64,000 nucleotides of DNA from Yuukianura sp. NJ FZ-2021 (GCA_046563655.1 CM102287.1:4402001-4466000); one strand, 5' to 3'. Counted from the stretch's first letter, positions 24,201 to 39,300 are shown. Notes: a model not told the origin generated them from the sequence alone. Numbers and translations are program-made.

Positions 24201-27200
24201 AACGAAGAAGCCCAAGTAATTCGCAGTTCGGTAATTTCCTTAGTTCGTGTATTCCGTAGTTGGAACTCAATTACTTTGAGCAGTTCGGTGGACGCTTGCT
24301 TAGTTGCTCTTAAGTGGATTTATCCAAATTAGACTTTTGTCGCCCAAAGTTGGATCCAAATTAATAAAGAGACTTGAGACCAATTTGAGCCACGGAGAAA
24401 GTCAGTTCTGAGAGAGGGAGAGGAGAAAGTTGGTTGAAGTGGATTGGGAAGTTGTGGAATGGCCAAATCCAACGGAGTCTCAATATTTACTGCCAAACGG
24501 AGGGGAGCCTTCCAGAAAGTCCTTTGCGAGATATGAATGATCACCCAACTAAACTTTCTTTTACTTTCTCTTCTACACTTCTTCACTCCAAAATCTAGGC
24601 AAAGGGAGAAGGAGAGAATCGAGTGATATGGCAATAAAGGAAGGATTTGAAGCAACTTGTGTCTTCTCTCTCCTCCAAGTCGAATCAACAGTTTAAGCAA
24701 ACATAAAAAACTTTGTACTTTTCCCTCTATTCTTAAAAAGAATTCAAGTGCTAACATTTTCTTAGAAGAGATCCACAGTATGAAAGACTTCCACAAATCT
24801 TCATCCCCATAATGCCCACCAACCTCCATTAAACGGCGAAAACTTGGACAAAACTGACCAATTTCCAGCTATTCAGGTTCCACTGATCGGTTTTTCAAAC
24901 AAAAAAATGAAAAAAAAAATTTGAAATAGAGACTGCCAAGTCGAGAAGAAAGTTACGGAAAACTTCAATAACTTCAACAAAAAGAAACTTGAACAACTTA
25001 TACAAAACAGGAAAAAATATTTCACCGATTTTTGCGTGGTCGTGAAACTAAATTTCGGACGTGAAGTTTTTCCCGCGGTAAAAGAAAATCGCGTTTGTTT
25101 CGCGCCGTTTTGAGTTCGAAATGGTCAAAATATTGACTATGGGAAACCGTTGAAGTGTCGTGGGCCGTTTGGCCATAGAAAACGATCGTTTTTTGAGCAG
25201 CTCTTATGGTTTTGGTTCTCCACTCTGTTCAGTTATTGATGCCGTTGAAGCCCACAGGAATCGAACCTACAGATCCCATTTCCTCTCCTATCACACCCAA
25301 ACATTACACTTTCTCCGCAGTCCAGCTCCAGAGTCCAGCCAGGATATCGCTTTTCACACCTCCTTCCTCCCAACTCCCGTTTTTTTCTGGAAGAAAGCTG
25401 GAAAGCGGAAAGGGAGCTCCATTGAACGCCGTTCAAATGAAATTCTTTGAAGGTTTTCTCTTTTTTTCTACTTTCCCCTTGCCCGGATTTCCTCTAAGTG
25501 GATCAAACCAGGATTCCGAGGAGGAAGATGAGTGAGTAGACACCGGTCATCACCATTCCCATGATTACACTTCCCCTGTGTCTTCCTCACCTCTCTGACC
25601 AGGACACAGTGGACAGGAGATGAATGTTTCTTTCTTTTTTCCTTTCATTTCCCGCTGTTTTCCCACTTTTCTTCCATTCTTTTCCCGCACTTTCTCCTGG
25701 AGAAAGCAGAGTTGGTTCCAATTCCAATCAGGTTGATGGACTTCCATTCTTCTCATTTCCCATTCTTAGTCCATTACCCAAATTCCTGGACAAAAGCATC
25801 TTCCTTAACCCAATTCCACAAACAGCTAGGGGAAATGCTCAAAACGAACAGATTCGAGAATCGTTCAAGTGAAGAGCCAATTAAGCACATTCCAGAGTCT
25901 TCTCATTTCGAATTTCCCGCAGAATTTGAAAAATTAAAATTTGACTTTCACTCCGATTTAGAGTGAAAGTCAAGCGGAAAAAATCCAAACAATAGAAATA
26001 CCTTTCACTCTGATTGCCACGAATTTGCAACGAAAACAAATTTTCTCGGTAGAACTAATTAACCTACGTATTTTCCACTTGAAGCAGAATTTAAATTTCA
26101 GAATTTTCTTGCACGGCGCCAAAAAACTCCAACAAAAATTCCAGCGCTCGAAAGACTTCAGCGATTAGCAAAAATCCATTCCAGTGCTTAATTTCTAGGC
26201 GGAACACGAGCGTAAACGCAATAAGAAATTGGACCTAGCTAAATCGTGCTCGGACGGAACTGGTCAGTGCAGATAAGGCTAAAAAAGCACAGAGAAAGTG
26301 AAGCGGCTTCATTATTAACGCCCAGTTGATCCCGCACTGACCACGAAGAAACCGTTCAAAAATTTCACGTACAGTGCCCACCGCCGTACCTTGCAGGACG
26401 ATTGGACATGGACAGAGCAGAAGAGACATGAAAGTAAAAGTAAGAGCCCATTCCTCATAAAGGCAATGGACTGCATGACAGTATGGAAGACGAAAACCTT
26501 GGCAACAAGTCCACCGACTACCCATCTCATGTCCTTCCACCTCATAAAACCACCGGAATGGACGGATTCTGTACCGCCGCACCCTGAGGGGTGCGGGCAG
26601 CATAATTTTCTCCGAGCGCGGCAAAAGTCAAACGAAGATCACAAAACGGAGATGGCACAAGAGAAAGTTTGACGGATGAAGAGAAATAAAGGTAATTTGA
26701 AGGGAATGAATCCAGGCGCTTTGTTCCCTGTCACGCCTCTCTCTCAAAAGTTTTGATCTTCGTGCCCCCCAGTTTCTCAAAACCCGAAATTTCAAAAGTC
26801 TCTTTCCGAAAACCGAAATTTGGAACCTCACCTTTCAAAATCCCTGTCACCCTGCCTCCTCTTCTCTCATCTGTCACGCCCTCTTCCAAGATCAAGATCC
26901 AAGATGAGAAAATGTTAGGCTAACATGTTAGTATCATAATGATCTTGTCGAGATCATAACGAAGCCACTTGAGTCCAGATTTGCATCAAAGACTTCCCTG
27001 CAAAACTTCATCTCTCCTCATCACCCACCCAAGGAAAAGTGGAAACCATAAAATGAAAAGCACTTCCAACTCCCCACCCACGCTTTCCCCATTTTTAAAA
27101 GAAAAATCAAAATCAAAAACAACTTTAGGAGAAAAAAACGAGTAAGAGAGAGTCTAGACTCCAGGAAATCCGGGACTGAGAATATATAGGAGCAATAAAA

Positions 27201-30200
27201 ATTTGAATTTGACAATTTGGCTCCTAATTCTACCTGCCATGTTCACCCACGACGCTTATAAAACCTCCACCTGCCCGCCAAGCCAACTTTTGAATTTGCA
27301 AAACTGGCAAATTGCCAGTCGATTCATAAAAAAAATCTGAAAATGTAGTAAATCTTGGGCTTCCGGTGAAAAAAATTACACATCAAATCCGTAGTCACCC
27401 CAATAAAACTCATCTTTTATAAAAATCTAACCTGACCGAAATAGTTACTCCCTCCAACGTTTCCCGAAATGAAAATTTGGAAATAGTTACTCCCTCCAAC
27501 TTTTCCGAAAATCAAAATTCTGACATTAGGAATGTGTCAGGCCATATGAAATCACTTCCTGAGCATTCCCTTTCGTCTTCTCCTGATGTTTTGTACGGAA
27601 GTTATTTGAAGGGCGAGATCATTTGTTGGACAGTACGGATCCGGAAGTGAGGAGGGAGGAAATGCACGATATGTGCCCGTTACGATTCAGTTCGTAAGTG
27701 CAAGTCCATCAATCCTCAGTTCATTGTTATGCTCAATGCTTCCACAGAATCCATTCTTTTTCAAATCCACTCATCTGCAAAAGATCTTTTCCAAAACTTT
27801 TCCTTTCTCACAATAGAAAACAGACTTTCTCTCCAAAGCCAAGTCAAACGAAATAATCAGAAATCTTCCAATCCAATTAACTCTAACTTTTGTGAAAAGG
27901 TGAAAGTGAAAGTTCCAATCTCTTTATCCAGAGAACTGAAAGTGAAACCTCACCAATTCCAGCTCAGTATCATTTATTATGAAATTTGAATTTGTCATGG
28001 GAGGGAAAAAGGAGAAAGCAAATCCGTAAAGCTTCAACTTTTTTTTTGAATTCACCTCTCGCCCTTTTCAAAATGTCAAAGTTCTTTTTCAAAATAACAT
28101 TCAGACTGAAGCCAACAAAATTTTTCAAAAAAGAAAACCTTTCTTCCACCTTTCTCCTTCTCCCTGCTGTCAACTTCGTCTCACAAAAGAAATTTTGACA
28201 GAAGCCTTTTCCAAATACTCAAAACCTAAAAATAAATTTCAAAGTTCACTTTCACAATTCAGTGTCACTTCCCTTTCGCAATGTCGCCACCGCTTACTAA
28301 TTTAATACAAAATTCTCCCTCTTAAAACAACCAAGCTCAGTTCCGTAATTGCTCCCAACCAGATCTTGAAGCGTTTCATGTATAAAATTTTAGAGTTCGA
28401 TATTTCCAAATATTTCACGAAGGTAACCAATTGTTCCACTTTCACAATTCACTTTTCCATTACTTTTTTTCAAGCTCTAGTAGGTAGAGCTTCATAACTT
28501 TATGAAATATTTCAAAATGAGTTTAAGAAACCAAATTTTTGGAAAATTTAGGCCCAAGATGGTTTGAAATTTGAAAAAAGAAGCTCAAGTTCTAATGAAT
28601 GTAAATTCAGCGGCTGACGCCGGTTGGTTTTTCCTGTTTCAAATTTCTCGGCGGTGAAAGTGGATCGGATGTGCTTTTTAGGACTTTGAGTTCATTTTGG
28701 ATTTGCACCGAAGCTGAACATGAAGTTGGGGAATTAAAAGGGCGAAGGAAGAAGCAGACGGGAGTAAGGAGCGTTACTTGGGAAGAAAGAGAGCGGAAAT
28801 GGGGAAGAGTATCTTTTAGGTGGCGTAAACTAGTTGGATTTCCATAATAATGCCTTGTTACTCCCCGTCTTAACTTTCTCTACGGCCTTACTTTCTCTAG
28901 AGGATCAGGGTAATCACGGACACAGGGCATTTGCATCCACTCCCACCAAACAACCATGCTCCAGGACCCACGACGCCACCAGAGACACATCAACCCACCG
29001 CCAAAAACACACAACAACCAAATTACACTCTCCATTCTCAAGGAAAAAACTGATGCTCCACCACATAACACTTTCACCCCACTCTCCCACCACATCAAAT
29101 AACTTCAAACTCACATTTTCAGACCAATCTCCAAAGGTAAAGTAACGTTCAAACCTGAATCATATTATCCTAACCGTAAGCACATTACAAAAACCTACAG
29201 AAAAAAATTGGCGGTAGTGGGATTCGAACTCGTGATTCCCCGAAATGCTCAAATTTAAAGCACCGCGCCAGTGAGCAACAAACCAACTTTGTTTTTGTTT
29301 GGGAACGACAAAATTTGAATACCGAGTGAAAGAACGCCAAAATTTTAACTCAAGTTGATTTTTTTGATTTTAGAACTACTGCGTAGGTAGTTTAGAGTCA
29401 AAGTGAAAAATCTGGGAGTTGCTATGCTCCTGCTCCCCTTAAGATGATTCTGAGAAAGTAAAAAGAGAAAGTAAGTTTTGTTTTGTCCAATTTCCTTAAA
29501 AGAGACTTTGGAAAATGCCGTCCGTGTGGAATTGGAGTCAGTTTGGCCTAAGTTTGGTGCGTTTGGAGTTTTGTACAAAAGTACTGGAAGCAGTTCCTAA
29601 CTGAACTCTGGTTTTATGGCCTCCTTTGCCCAAATCCACTTCCCTCTTTGCATAGACCAAGGAAGGAGAGACATGCAGAGGAATAATGATGGCGGATCTG
29701 AGTCCATTCCTCTCCAACATTTCATTTTCATCTTCCACACACGTCTGCCCAACTCCCATTTCCCACTCCAAGGCTCAACCACTTCCACCAGATGAGATGA
29801 GTCCAGCAGTAGACCAAAGAGGCAATTCCACTCTCACCAAAAATAGAAACGACTTTGGAGAAAAAATCTACTTTGGATGTAACTTCGGAAGTAATACATG
29901 CCTTTTTGCGTAGAATTTTTGAATTTTTTGAGCTAAACTCAAACTTCTGAGAAAGTAGAGAAAGTTTTCACCCCAGGTGAATCTGAATCTACCCTGACAA
30001 GAGCTGAACGTGGGAGGATTCGATTCACCTGCGCAGGAAGCCTCCTCTCCCTCCACCTTCCAATCCAATCCCAACAGGTAGGTGGAGAAAGTAGGCCAAT
30101 TACAACCACCTACGCCTTTGGCGCAGAATCTTATGCGAATTTCACATCTCGTGCCAAAAATTTCAGAAAAAATGGATTTCGAAAAACATCTTTAAAAAAA

Positions 30201-30300
30201 AATTTAACAAACAACTTCCTTCAGATAGAACATGAGAAAGTTTCCACAAACTTTAAATTTGCTAATTAAAAAGTAAGATTTATTTACAAAATTTTGAACG

Positions 30301-30347
<47 letters not shown>

Positions 30348-33300
30348 ATACAAAATCTGAACAACATCATAAACTTCTTAGTTCAAAAAATTCAAAGGCA
30401 GCTTTAATCTTTCTTCTTTTTCGAAGAAACCAAAATCTACATACGATTTACTTCACTTTGGAAGTTATTAGGAAACTCCATTACATTTTCCTTTGAAACC
30501 CAAGTTTCACTCAAATCCAAATTATATTTACTTTTCCTCTTCAAACTCCCAACTTTCTCCAAAAGTTCTTAAAAGGCAAAGGTAATACTTCAACTTTCCA
30601 AAATTCAAAAACTTTCCCTCTAAGCTCCTGCTGTCCACTGCCCAGCAGCTCTTTGCAAGCACGACTACCTAACCAAAAAGAGAAAGTTTCAGCAAAACGC
30701 ACTACGTCACCAGAATTCACCCCGAAATCCCCCTCCATTTCACCAAAATAACTGCATTTCATATTCCGTGATCCAGTAAAGTAGAGTCGGAGAGAAAGTG
30801 CGACTTGGCCCAAACCCATTCATCATGCAAAGTGTCAAGTGACTACTAGTCGCTTCGCCTGTCCATTGTCATGTAGCCACCTGGGGCAGAGCACAAACCT
30901 ACCAAAATAACATAACTTCCAGCACAACCTTCCAGAACTTCCAGCAGCGATGCCCATCGCTGGAACCAGGTTGTGCCGAGTTATGGAATTTGGAAAACAA
31001 TGTTCCACCTCCAGTTGAGGCCCCATAAATCAACTCTCTCAAACCCTTTGTTCCACTTCCCAATTTCCCACTTACTTCCCCAATTCACACATACTTCCCC
31101 ACTTCCCAATTTCCCACCTCCACCTCTTTTGTTTCCCGTGATCCCACTGCGTGTCAGTTGAGCCCCCAAGTGGATTAAAACTTCTACCTTCCCTGCTCTC
31201 TCTTATCTCCGTACGTGTGAAACTCTGGAACTCTTTTCATTAAATTCCGCCAGAATACCCGGCACTTTCAAAATAGAGCAGGAGAGATGCCCGGGAGGAT
31301 TGTATGGTAGAATTATGCAGGGAGTTGCGTTTGATTCGAGTGATGATGGGGTAATAAAATGATCTAGATTTACCTTCACTTAAGCTCCACAACCACTTTC
31401 TCTCTCCTCCTGTATTCAGAGTAATAGAAAAGCCCCCTGCTCCAATAAATTTCAACTTCCCCTGCCTACTTTCCATATTGATCAGTGCAGTTTAGATACT
31501 CCAATCAACCAGGCCCAAAGACACATTGCCTCCATTCCACTCCCATCAAAGTCAGTTTTACGTTAGGCTAGTCTAGGTTTTACGTTAAACCTAACGGCAA
31601 GGTAGGACAGACGAGGAATCCAAGTTAAGACTTTATGGGGGCAACTAAACCTTTGACAGCTTTCCCCTGTCCTGAATTATGCGCACTTCCAAACTATTCA
31701 ATTAAAACGACATTCCTCCAAACGTTAACATTCACATCACATTCAAAATTTTCACAAAAAGTCTCCAATTTGGAAACAAACTTCAAAAAGTTTTTAGAAA
31801 TCACACAATTTCGGCAGAGTCTGAGTTTTTAACGGCTTCAAAGTGTTTACAAGTTTTGGAATTAAACCATTTTCAAAACGGAAATCCATAAAAATTGGAG
31901 ATTTTTTGATGTACCTGAATTTTTTTGAAGCTCGAAATGATTGTGAACATGAAATGATACTTCGCCTGACACTTCCGTTTTCTCCGCTTCCTTCTGAGAA
32001 GTGAAAGCGGCTTGTTGAATTAATGGGCGGAAGAGGCGGGAAGATGATCTCTGATTCGAAGTGCGTCTTTCCCTCCTGCCTAACCTTATGATGTATGTTC
32101 CTATTCCATTCGAATTTTGGATCCGGATGGATGTACAGAGTGAGCAATGAGGCATTACCTCTCTCCCTCTGCGTAGTCACCGGGCGTAGAAGGAAACACT
32201 TTGGGATATGCTGAGAAGGTAGCGAAAGGACAATGGGACTCCCTTTCACCTACGCTTTTCACCCTCTAGCTTTTCCGCGGCTTCATTCAAAATCGGAGGC
32301 TGGGAATGAGTCATATCGGAGGGGAAAGTCCTTTTGGAGAAACCAAAAGACCTCCCATTAATAAATCATGAGCAACATCGATCCTCAAACTACCTCTGCA
32401 GGACATCTACTACACGACAACTCCAAAGGAAAAGACACTCTTCAAGACAAATTTTACAAAAGTCTCAAAAACAAAATGCCCTCGAGGCTCCACTTTCCCT
32501 GTCAAAACTTTCTCTGCTCAAACTTCCAGAACAAAGTCTCACTTTTCCCCTGCTCGGATTCAGATACCTGAAACCCAGCTTCATCTTTTTTCAAAAGACG
32601 TAGCTTCATGTCCTCGTTTTTCAAAAAAGTAGCTTCACGTTCTCCTTTCTTAAAAAATGTACTAGCTTCATGTTCCACTTTCAAAAAAGTAGCAAGTTCA
32701 TGTTCATCTTTCTAAAAAAACACAGAGAAAGTTCCTCCATAAGCTTCATTTTCAAAAAAAGTAGTTCCATGATCCTGCTAGGTTGGGGATTGTTAGGTTC
32801 CGGAGGTAGTTGATGCATTGGGCGTATGGGGGTGGGGTAGAGGGTGGGTGGGGCGGTGGATAATAAAAAGTTAATGGTAGGAAAGGGGCATAGGAGCATA
32901 GAATTAAATTCCAGGGAGGCAGAGGAATCCAGGAGTGCATTAATGAGTTCGTCGGAAGAGGCAGGAGGCATAGGAGTAATTGTCCCATGACTTACAAACA
33001 CTTTCACTCAATTCAGCCCCACCGGCTCTCGCTCCACCGCTCCTTCCCTGGCAGTCGGAGTAGGAGACCATCAGGCTGCTTCCAGCATACACGGAACTCT
33101 GGAGTCCAGAGGGGGTCCGTCACGACTCACAGAAGAACTCTCTCCGTGTCACCGGCCCATTCTCAATGGCCTCCAAAACATACAAAGTACAGAGCGTTTT
33201 TTAGGTAAACCCACAACACACTTTTCCTGAGCCGAAAAAGTAGAGCAGTTACGATGGGAGAACCTTTAGAGCAAAAACGCCCCTAAACTCCCAGACAAGA

Positions 33301-36300
33301 AAAGTCGGGCGACGTTGTACTTTTGCTTTCACCAGGGATTTCATTTTTACACGCCACGCGACTCCAGCAGGAAGTTAGGAAAAGGACACACAAAAAATTG
33401 ATATCTTCCAAAAAATAAATCCTGGCTTAAATGGTCTGTATGATAATGCGCCCTCTGTCTTCTCCGCTAGAAATAACTCATCCTTTCCTAAATTTCAGGA
33501 AAACGCTAGCTTTTTCCTCAAAGGAAAAGCAACCAAGCAGTCCCACCTAAAAACCTTACTTGATGACTTTGGAGACAAAAGGCGAAAGTGAAAAGTTGAG
33601 AAATGGCGGGAAAGTGAAAGTTTCCAGGTGAAAGGAAAAGAAAAGGAGGGTGGATGATTTAGTGGCTCTTAATGCACAGGGAAATCAGACTTCCCGACTT
33701 CTAACAAGGTTCTTAAGTCTACTTTCTAAGAAGAGAACTTAGTAGTTGAGAAGAAAGTCTTTAGAAAAGTTAGTTTTACCATCGTACCTCTTTTTAGTTA
33801 CTCCCTCCACCTCATAGTTACTCCCTCCAGTTCCCTGAGTTCCCATCATAATAAAACTCTAATTTTATTGCCCAATTTCAGCCTCTCTTCACCTCCTCCT
33901 CTACTTTCAGCCGCGAGTCAAAAGTCGGCTAAATTCAACCAACATACAAACCGCGCCAAAATCCTTTTCAGGATTTTGAACTAGTTTTTGATATTTGAAC
34001 AAAATCCACGCCATTCAACAACCCTACGCAACCCCTCAAAAGTCAAACAGAAACACAGGTAAAATTTGCAAAACGTTGGAATTTCGAAAATTTGAAATAG
34101 AAATTTTGCAGCTAAATTCAAATTTTCAAAAGTTAAGGTTCGGGCAGGCGGAAGAGGGTATTTGGATTGAATAACCAAAGTTATCCGTGCTCAAAAAACA
34201 AAGTAAACTTTTCTTTTGGTAGGCACTCCATTTTCCAGCAAGGAAATAATAGGTTCCGAGGAAGTTAAAGTAGCCAGGAGAAAGTGAAAGCAAAAGTTGT
34301 GAAGGTAGCAAGAAAACCCGGGTTTTGCATAATGTTCTCCTGTTTTGCCCCGGAGCGCCAACTTTGTCCATTTATCATGGCGGGAGGGGGGCGGGAGAAA
34401 GTAAAGCTTCTTTGTGTAGAAAACTGGAAGTTCGTTTGAAAGTGGGGTTATGCCTACCTTTGGCCTCTGAATCTTCTCCAAATCCCAATTTGTCAAAAAC
34501 AAAAAAAGATCAGAAAAAAGAGCAAGTTTCCAGAAAAATTCTCAAAAAACCTTGTTTTAAACCTTCCGGTCTGAACCAAGTCTGTTTGAACATCTAACTG
34601 TACTAGAATTGTGTAATTTGGGTTTGTAACTGTTGAACAAAGTTTGTTAGTAGGTTGAGGAGGGGGCAATTGAGAAGTTGGATGGGAAGGGGGGTTGATG
34701 GTCACCCGGGGACCGTTTTGTCCGCCATTATTGTCTCGGAACTGCCTCGCACTCTGTCCCTTCTCTCGTCCTTTCATCGACTCCAATTGTGAATTACCCT
34801 ATGAAACATAACCTAACCGAATCCTAACATCATCAAACCCACAACCAGAGAGAAAGTTCCATTATTTAAGAAAGGAAAGTCGTCTTGGTCCTAGTGCCGA
34901 TTAGGCACAAGATAACATCAACCTTAACTTTCTCCTTCAACCATTTCCCGCCATTTCAACCCGCAACCACCAATTACACAACTACTTAAATCCAAAACCA
35001 ACCATACTTCTAACTTAACACAACAACAACTTCCTATTCTCTCCAAAAAATCAACATTTGATTCACTTCAATCACCAAACTTTTATAAAATTATTTTCTT
35101 CTTAGAACAAGAATAAAAAAGACCTTGGTGGAAATTGTAAGAATTTGAGAGGAAAAAGTTGGGCAAATTACAACATTTTGCACTTTCCTAAAAAATGAAA
35201 GCACTGCATTTTCTGGAAAAAAAAAGAAAAAGAAAAACTTTTCACAAAAAGTTTTCAATGATTTCAAAACAAGATCATTTCCGGAATTATCTTTAACTTG
35301 GAGCAATTTCGAGAGAAAACGAAACTAATTGTTTCTTTTGTGAAGAAAAGCGATGAAAAATTAGAGCTGTTTCGTTTTCGTTCCATTTTTTTCCTCGTGG
35401 AATTCCAGTTTTAACTTTTTTCTTGTAAAATTTCACTTTTCATTTTTTTCTTCTTCTAAAATTTCACTTTTTCATTTTTTTTTCTTGTAAAATTACCGCT
35501 TTTATTAATTGGTTAGATGAGATCAAGGAGAAGAGGGTTCATCTCATTTCTCTCAAAAATGGGCCGACAAAAAAGCGTTCCCTGTGAAAATTTGAATTAA
35601 GGCGCTTCTTTTTTTATTCCTTACTCTTTTGGAACGTAAGTGAAAGTGGAGATGAGGAAGTGCTTGCTCTCCTTATTCATCTCTAATTCACCAAAGTGCT
35701 TTATTGCCTCATCCTCTCCCTGTAGAATCCTACGAGCCAAAAGTACTTACCGCCTTCATCCCATTTTTTCCCTGCCTCATCTCCATACAAACCCCCTCCA
35801 TAATTCTATCCACTTTCCCCTTCATAATTTCCCCCACTTTTTCTTATGCTGGAAACAATCTTCATTTATTAGAACCTCTCAACACAAAAGTGGAGAAGAT
35901 GAGGTAACAGGGGAATCCAAAACACTCATCCAACACATAGTTAACAATAGACAGGCCATTTCTCCATAAAAATTCAAACTTTCTCCTTCCCGCCAATTGC
36001 AATTTAATTCAAACTTTCTCCCTCTCATACCGATTACTCACTTTCTTTCCAAATCACTACATCATCTTGATCTACTTACAAATCCACAACAAAACTTCAT
36101 AACTACACCGAACCTAACTTAATATGCTCTTATTTCGAATTTTCAATTCTCAATTTTCGAAAAACAGAAAAATTTTGAACTCATGTGAACACAACATACC
36201 ATGCTTTTTACCAAAACCAATTTGGGAAACGCAGTGACTGCAACCTATGTTTCCCCAAGGTACGATCCGGTTGACCCTGAAGTCTTCCTGTTCTGTTTCT

Positions 36301-39300
36301 GTTTTTAATCCGTTTTGCCTTACAATTTATGACCTTAGAAATCAAAGAAGTTTACCTAACTTTTACCTAACCTAAAGCCCAAGGTAAGAAAGTCAAAAAT
36401 CTAAAGAAATAGTAAAAGCCTTATTTTGTGTTCCTGTTTCCTCCCCAGTGACCCATCTCCAGTCGCAAGTTGAGGATAAATAGGCAATTACTCTGTCAAA
36501 TCTGTCCAGCCTACCCTAGCTCTAACTTTCCCACACTTTCTTCTTTTCCCGCCAGAAGAAATGGACTACGGAGGTCAGCTCCTGAGCAATCTGTTCTCAT
36601 TTCCAGCTTTAACGTAAAACGTTCCCACGTGAACTGCCTCTCCAATCACGATTTGGAACCAGAAGGATAGTCTAGATGGAGACAAATGATCTCTCCTCCT
36701 CCGGTCGGCCTGCAGACGTTTCCGACTGATCCGACGAAAAGGCTACCTGTTCCCTTCCCCTTCTGAAACGATCCAATATGGTGCCACTTCCCTCATTCAT
36801 CTCCTGTCCCCACTTTCTCGCTCTCCCATTCCTCATCTTCTAGGAAAGCGGACTCGATAGACACAACTATAAGTTAGCCCGGGAAACTACACTAACATTT
36901 GCCGCTTTTCATAGGAATCGACTGCCATTCTCCACATGAGCACCCTAGTTCTAATGGCTTTCCCGCTTTAATTACCTAAATGCTTCAGGAGTTACGTCTA
37001 CAACAAGAGTCGAACAATTTCCGAACGGAACTTTCACTTTCCAACTTACAAAGTGAAAATATGTTACCTTAGTTTTTTGAAATTCTTCGAATTTCAATTC
37101 AAACTGGGCTCTGAAAATTCAAAACTCGGCTAAGTCGTTTGGAAATTCTAAACGCCGTTTGGCTAAGTAAAGTTGCCTAGTTTCGAAAATTTAAAACTCG
37201 GAGAAAGTTAGTCGAAAAAAGGCGGGGAAAGTTGTGGATTGGAGAAAAAACACTCATGCTGTACTTGCTAGTGAAAACTAAATCGGGATTGAGAGGACTT
37301 ATGGAAATTGGGCGCGTGTGGAAGGGGAGCACCTGATAATGTGATTATGAGGGTGGGACCAGGCACCCACCCGCCCCACCTAGGTTAAGGTTTAGGTATT
37401 GAACTGCATGTGATGATGAGTCTGTAAAGCAGTGGAGCATTGGGTAGTTGATTAATGATGGAACCTGGGTTCCCTTGGATTTAAACTCCATTTTCCCGCA
37501 TCTTCCAATTGGAAACTCAGAAGGGAGAGAGACCCTGCAGGATAAATAGGATTAAAAAAGAAAGGAGATTTCCATTAAGGTTTACGCTACACGACACACG
37601 ACTCCCCCTGATTTCACCCACCACCGCCCCCTTATTCCCCGATGGTGCATAGAGCATGGACGGCCGTCCATGTCATGTGTCCGGACCTGTCCCAACCGTC
37701 CGTCCGCTGTGTCCTTTCCAGAAACTAAAACTGACTCCTGATCCACTTCTGCCCAAATTACGCACCTCATTGAATCCATACCCTTTCCTATCTTAAATTC
37801 CCTTAAGAGAAAGCTTCTGCGTCTGACACATGCATGGGAAATTGGACTCCGGTCGTGCGTTTTCACCCTGGACACAATTTACATTATTCAACTTTTCGTA
37901 ATTTCGAAAAAATTTGAATTTTGAAACAAGAACTAACCTAACATTGACAATTTTGGACGATTTGTAGGATGATTCTTGAAGCTTTTTACATCAAACTTTA
38001 AACATTTCAAAAACAAAATCGCAAATATAGTATAGCTATTCAACGTGGGAATTCAGCCTCAATTCTCGGAACTATTACTCCAGGAAAAGAATTGGATGAA
38101 ATTTATTACTTATAATACAGTTCTGTTGTGTTAGCTATTAAAAGCAAAATAAATCGCAAATCCTCAGGAAGTGATTTTTCCAGCGGCGTGGAATTCCGAT
38201 TTATTTTTTCAAAAAAGTTGAAAAAGTGAAATGAAAAAGTTAGCAATTTTTCATCTAATGAGTAAAAATAAAAGGTTTGAGTACAAAAGAACAATGAAAA
38301 AGTGGGCAGAATGGCACATGAAATTTTCTCTCCTTTTTGAAAAACTTCTTTTTTCTGCTTTTTTTTTGAAAAAAGTCAAAACTAAAATACAACAATAGGT
38401 TTCCAAAAAAATACAAAAGGAAGACAAGGAGAAGAGGAGCGTTATTGAATCATTTTTAAACCATTGAGTTTCCTTTTCTTTTCAAAGTGAAAGCACCAGC
38501 ATCCCTCCCTGTCAAATCCACGCTTTATTGCCTCCAAAACCTCAAAGTTCCCATCGTTCCACCTTTCACCGCCAAAATTCAAACCAAAATTCCGTCTTTG
38601 AGGTTTCTCCATTTCAAAAAAAAGAGAAAGAAAAGCATTGATCTTCAAAAAACATTCAAACCAAAGAAAATTCAAAATTTTCAAAAGGTAATTCAAAAGC
38701 AGTTTCCAAGAAATCAAAATTGGATCTTTGAAATTTTATGAGGCGTGAAAGGATCGTTCCCGCGCAACCAAAGTTTCCCGCCAAGAAATTTACCTTTCGC
38801 CTAGTTTCCGGTTGTTTCAGGAAGGAAATGATTATTAGGGAGATTCCACTCCTCAGCCCTGTGGCTTTCTCCTTAGCCACAAAAGAACCTCATCTCCACT
38901 TCAGCCTAGCGTTAGGTTAGCCTAACATTAGGCTAAACCTAACATTAAAAAGAGAATAAACCTAACTTAGGAGAGTAGTAAGAGTTCACTGGTGAGAGAA
39001 TCGGAAACCACAAAGATCTTCTTCCAACTTTTATTTTCAACTTTTAACCTTTTACTGGAGCCGAGAGGAGCTTAAAATCTTAGAAACCAAAGAGGTAAAA
39101 TTCATCTCCGTACAAAGCACGGAGCTTTCTAAGCGAATTGCTTTCTCTGACTTCTGGAACTGCTCCAACGCAGACAAGAACTTTCCAATGGCAGCAGGAG
39201 TTTCTCCAAGGCTAAGGCAAGGCCTTCAACTTTCCCTTTTCTTTCTTAATTAAATCTAGGCTTCTTTCTCTAGTCTTTAGAATCCATTGAATAATCATTC

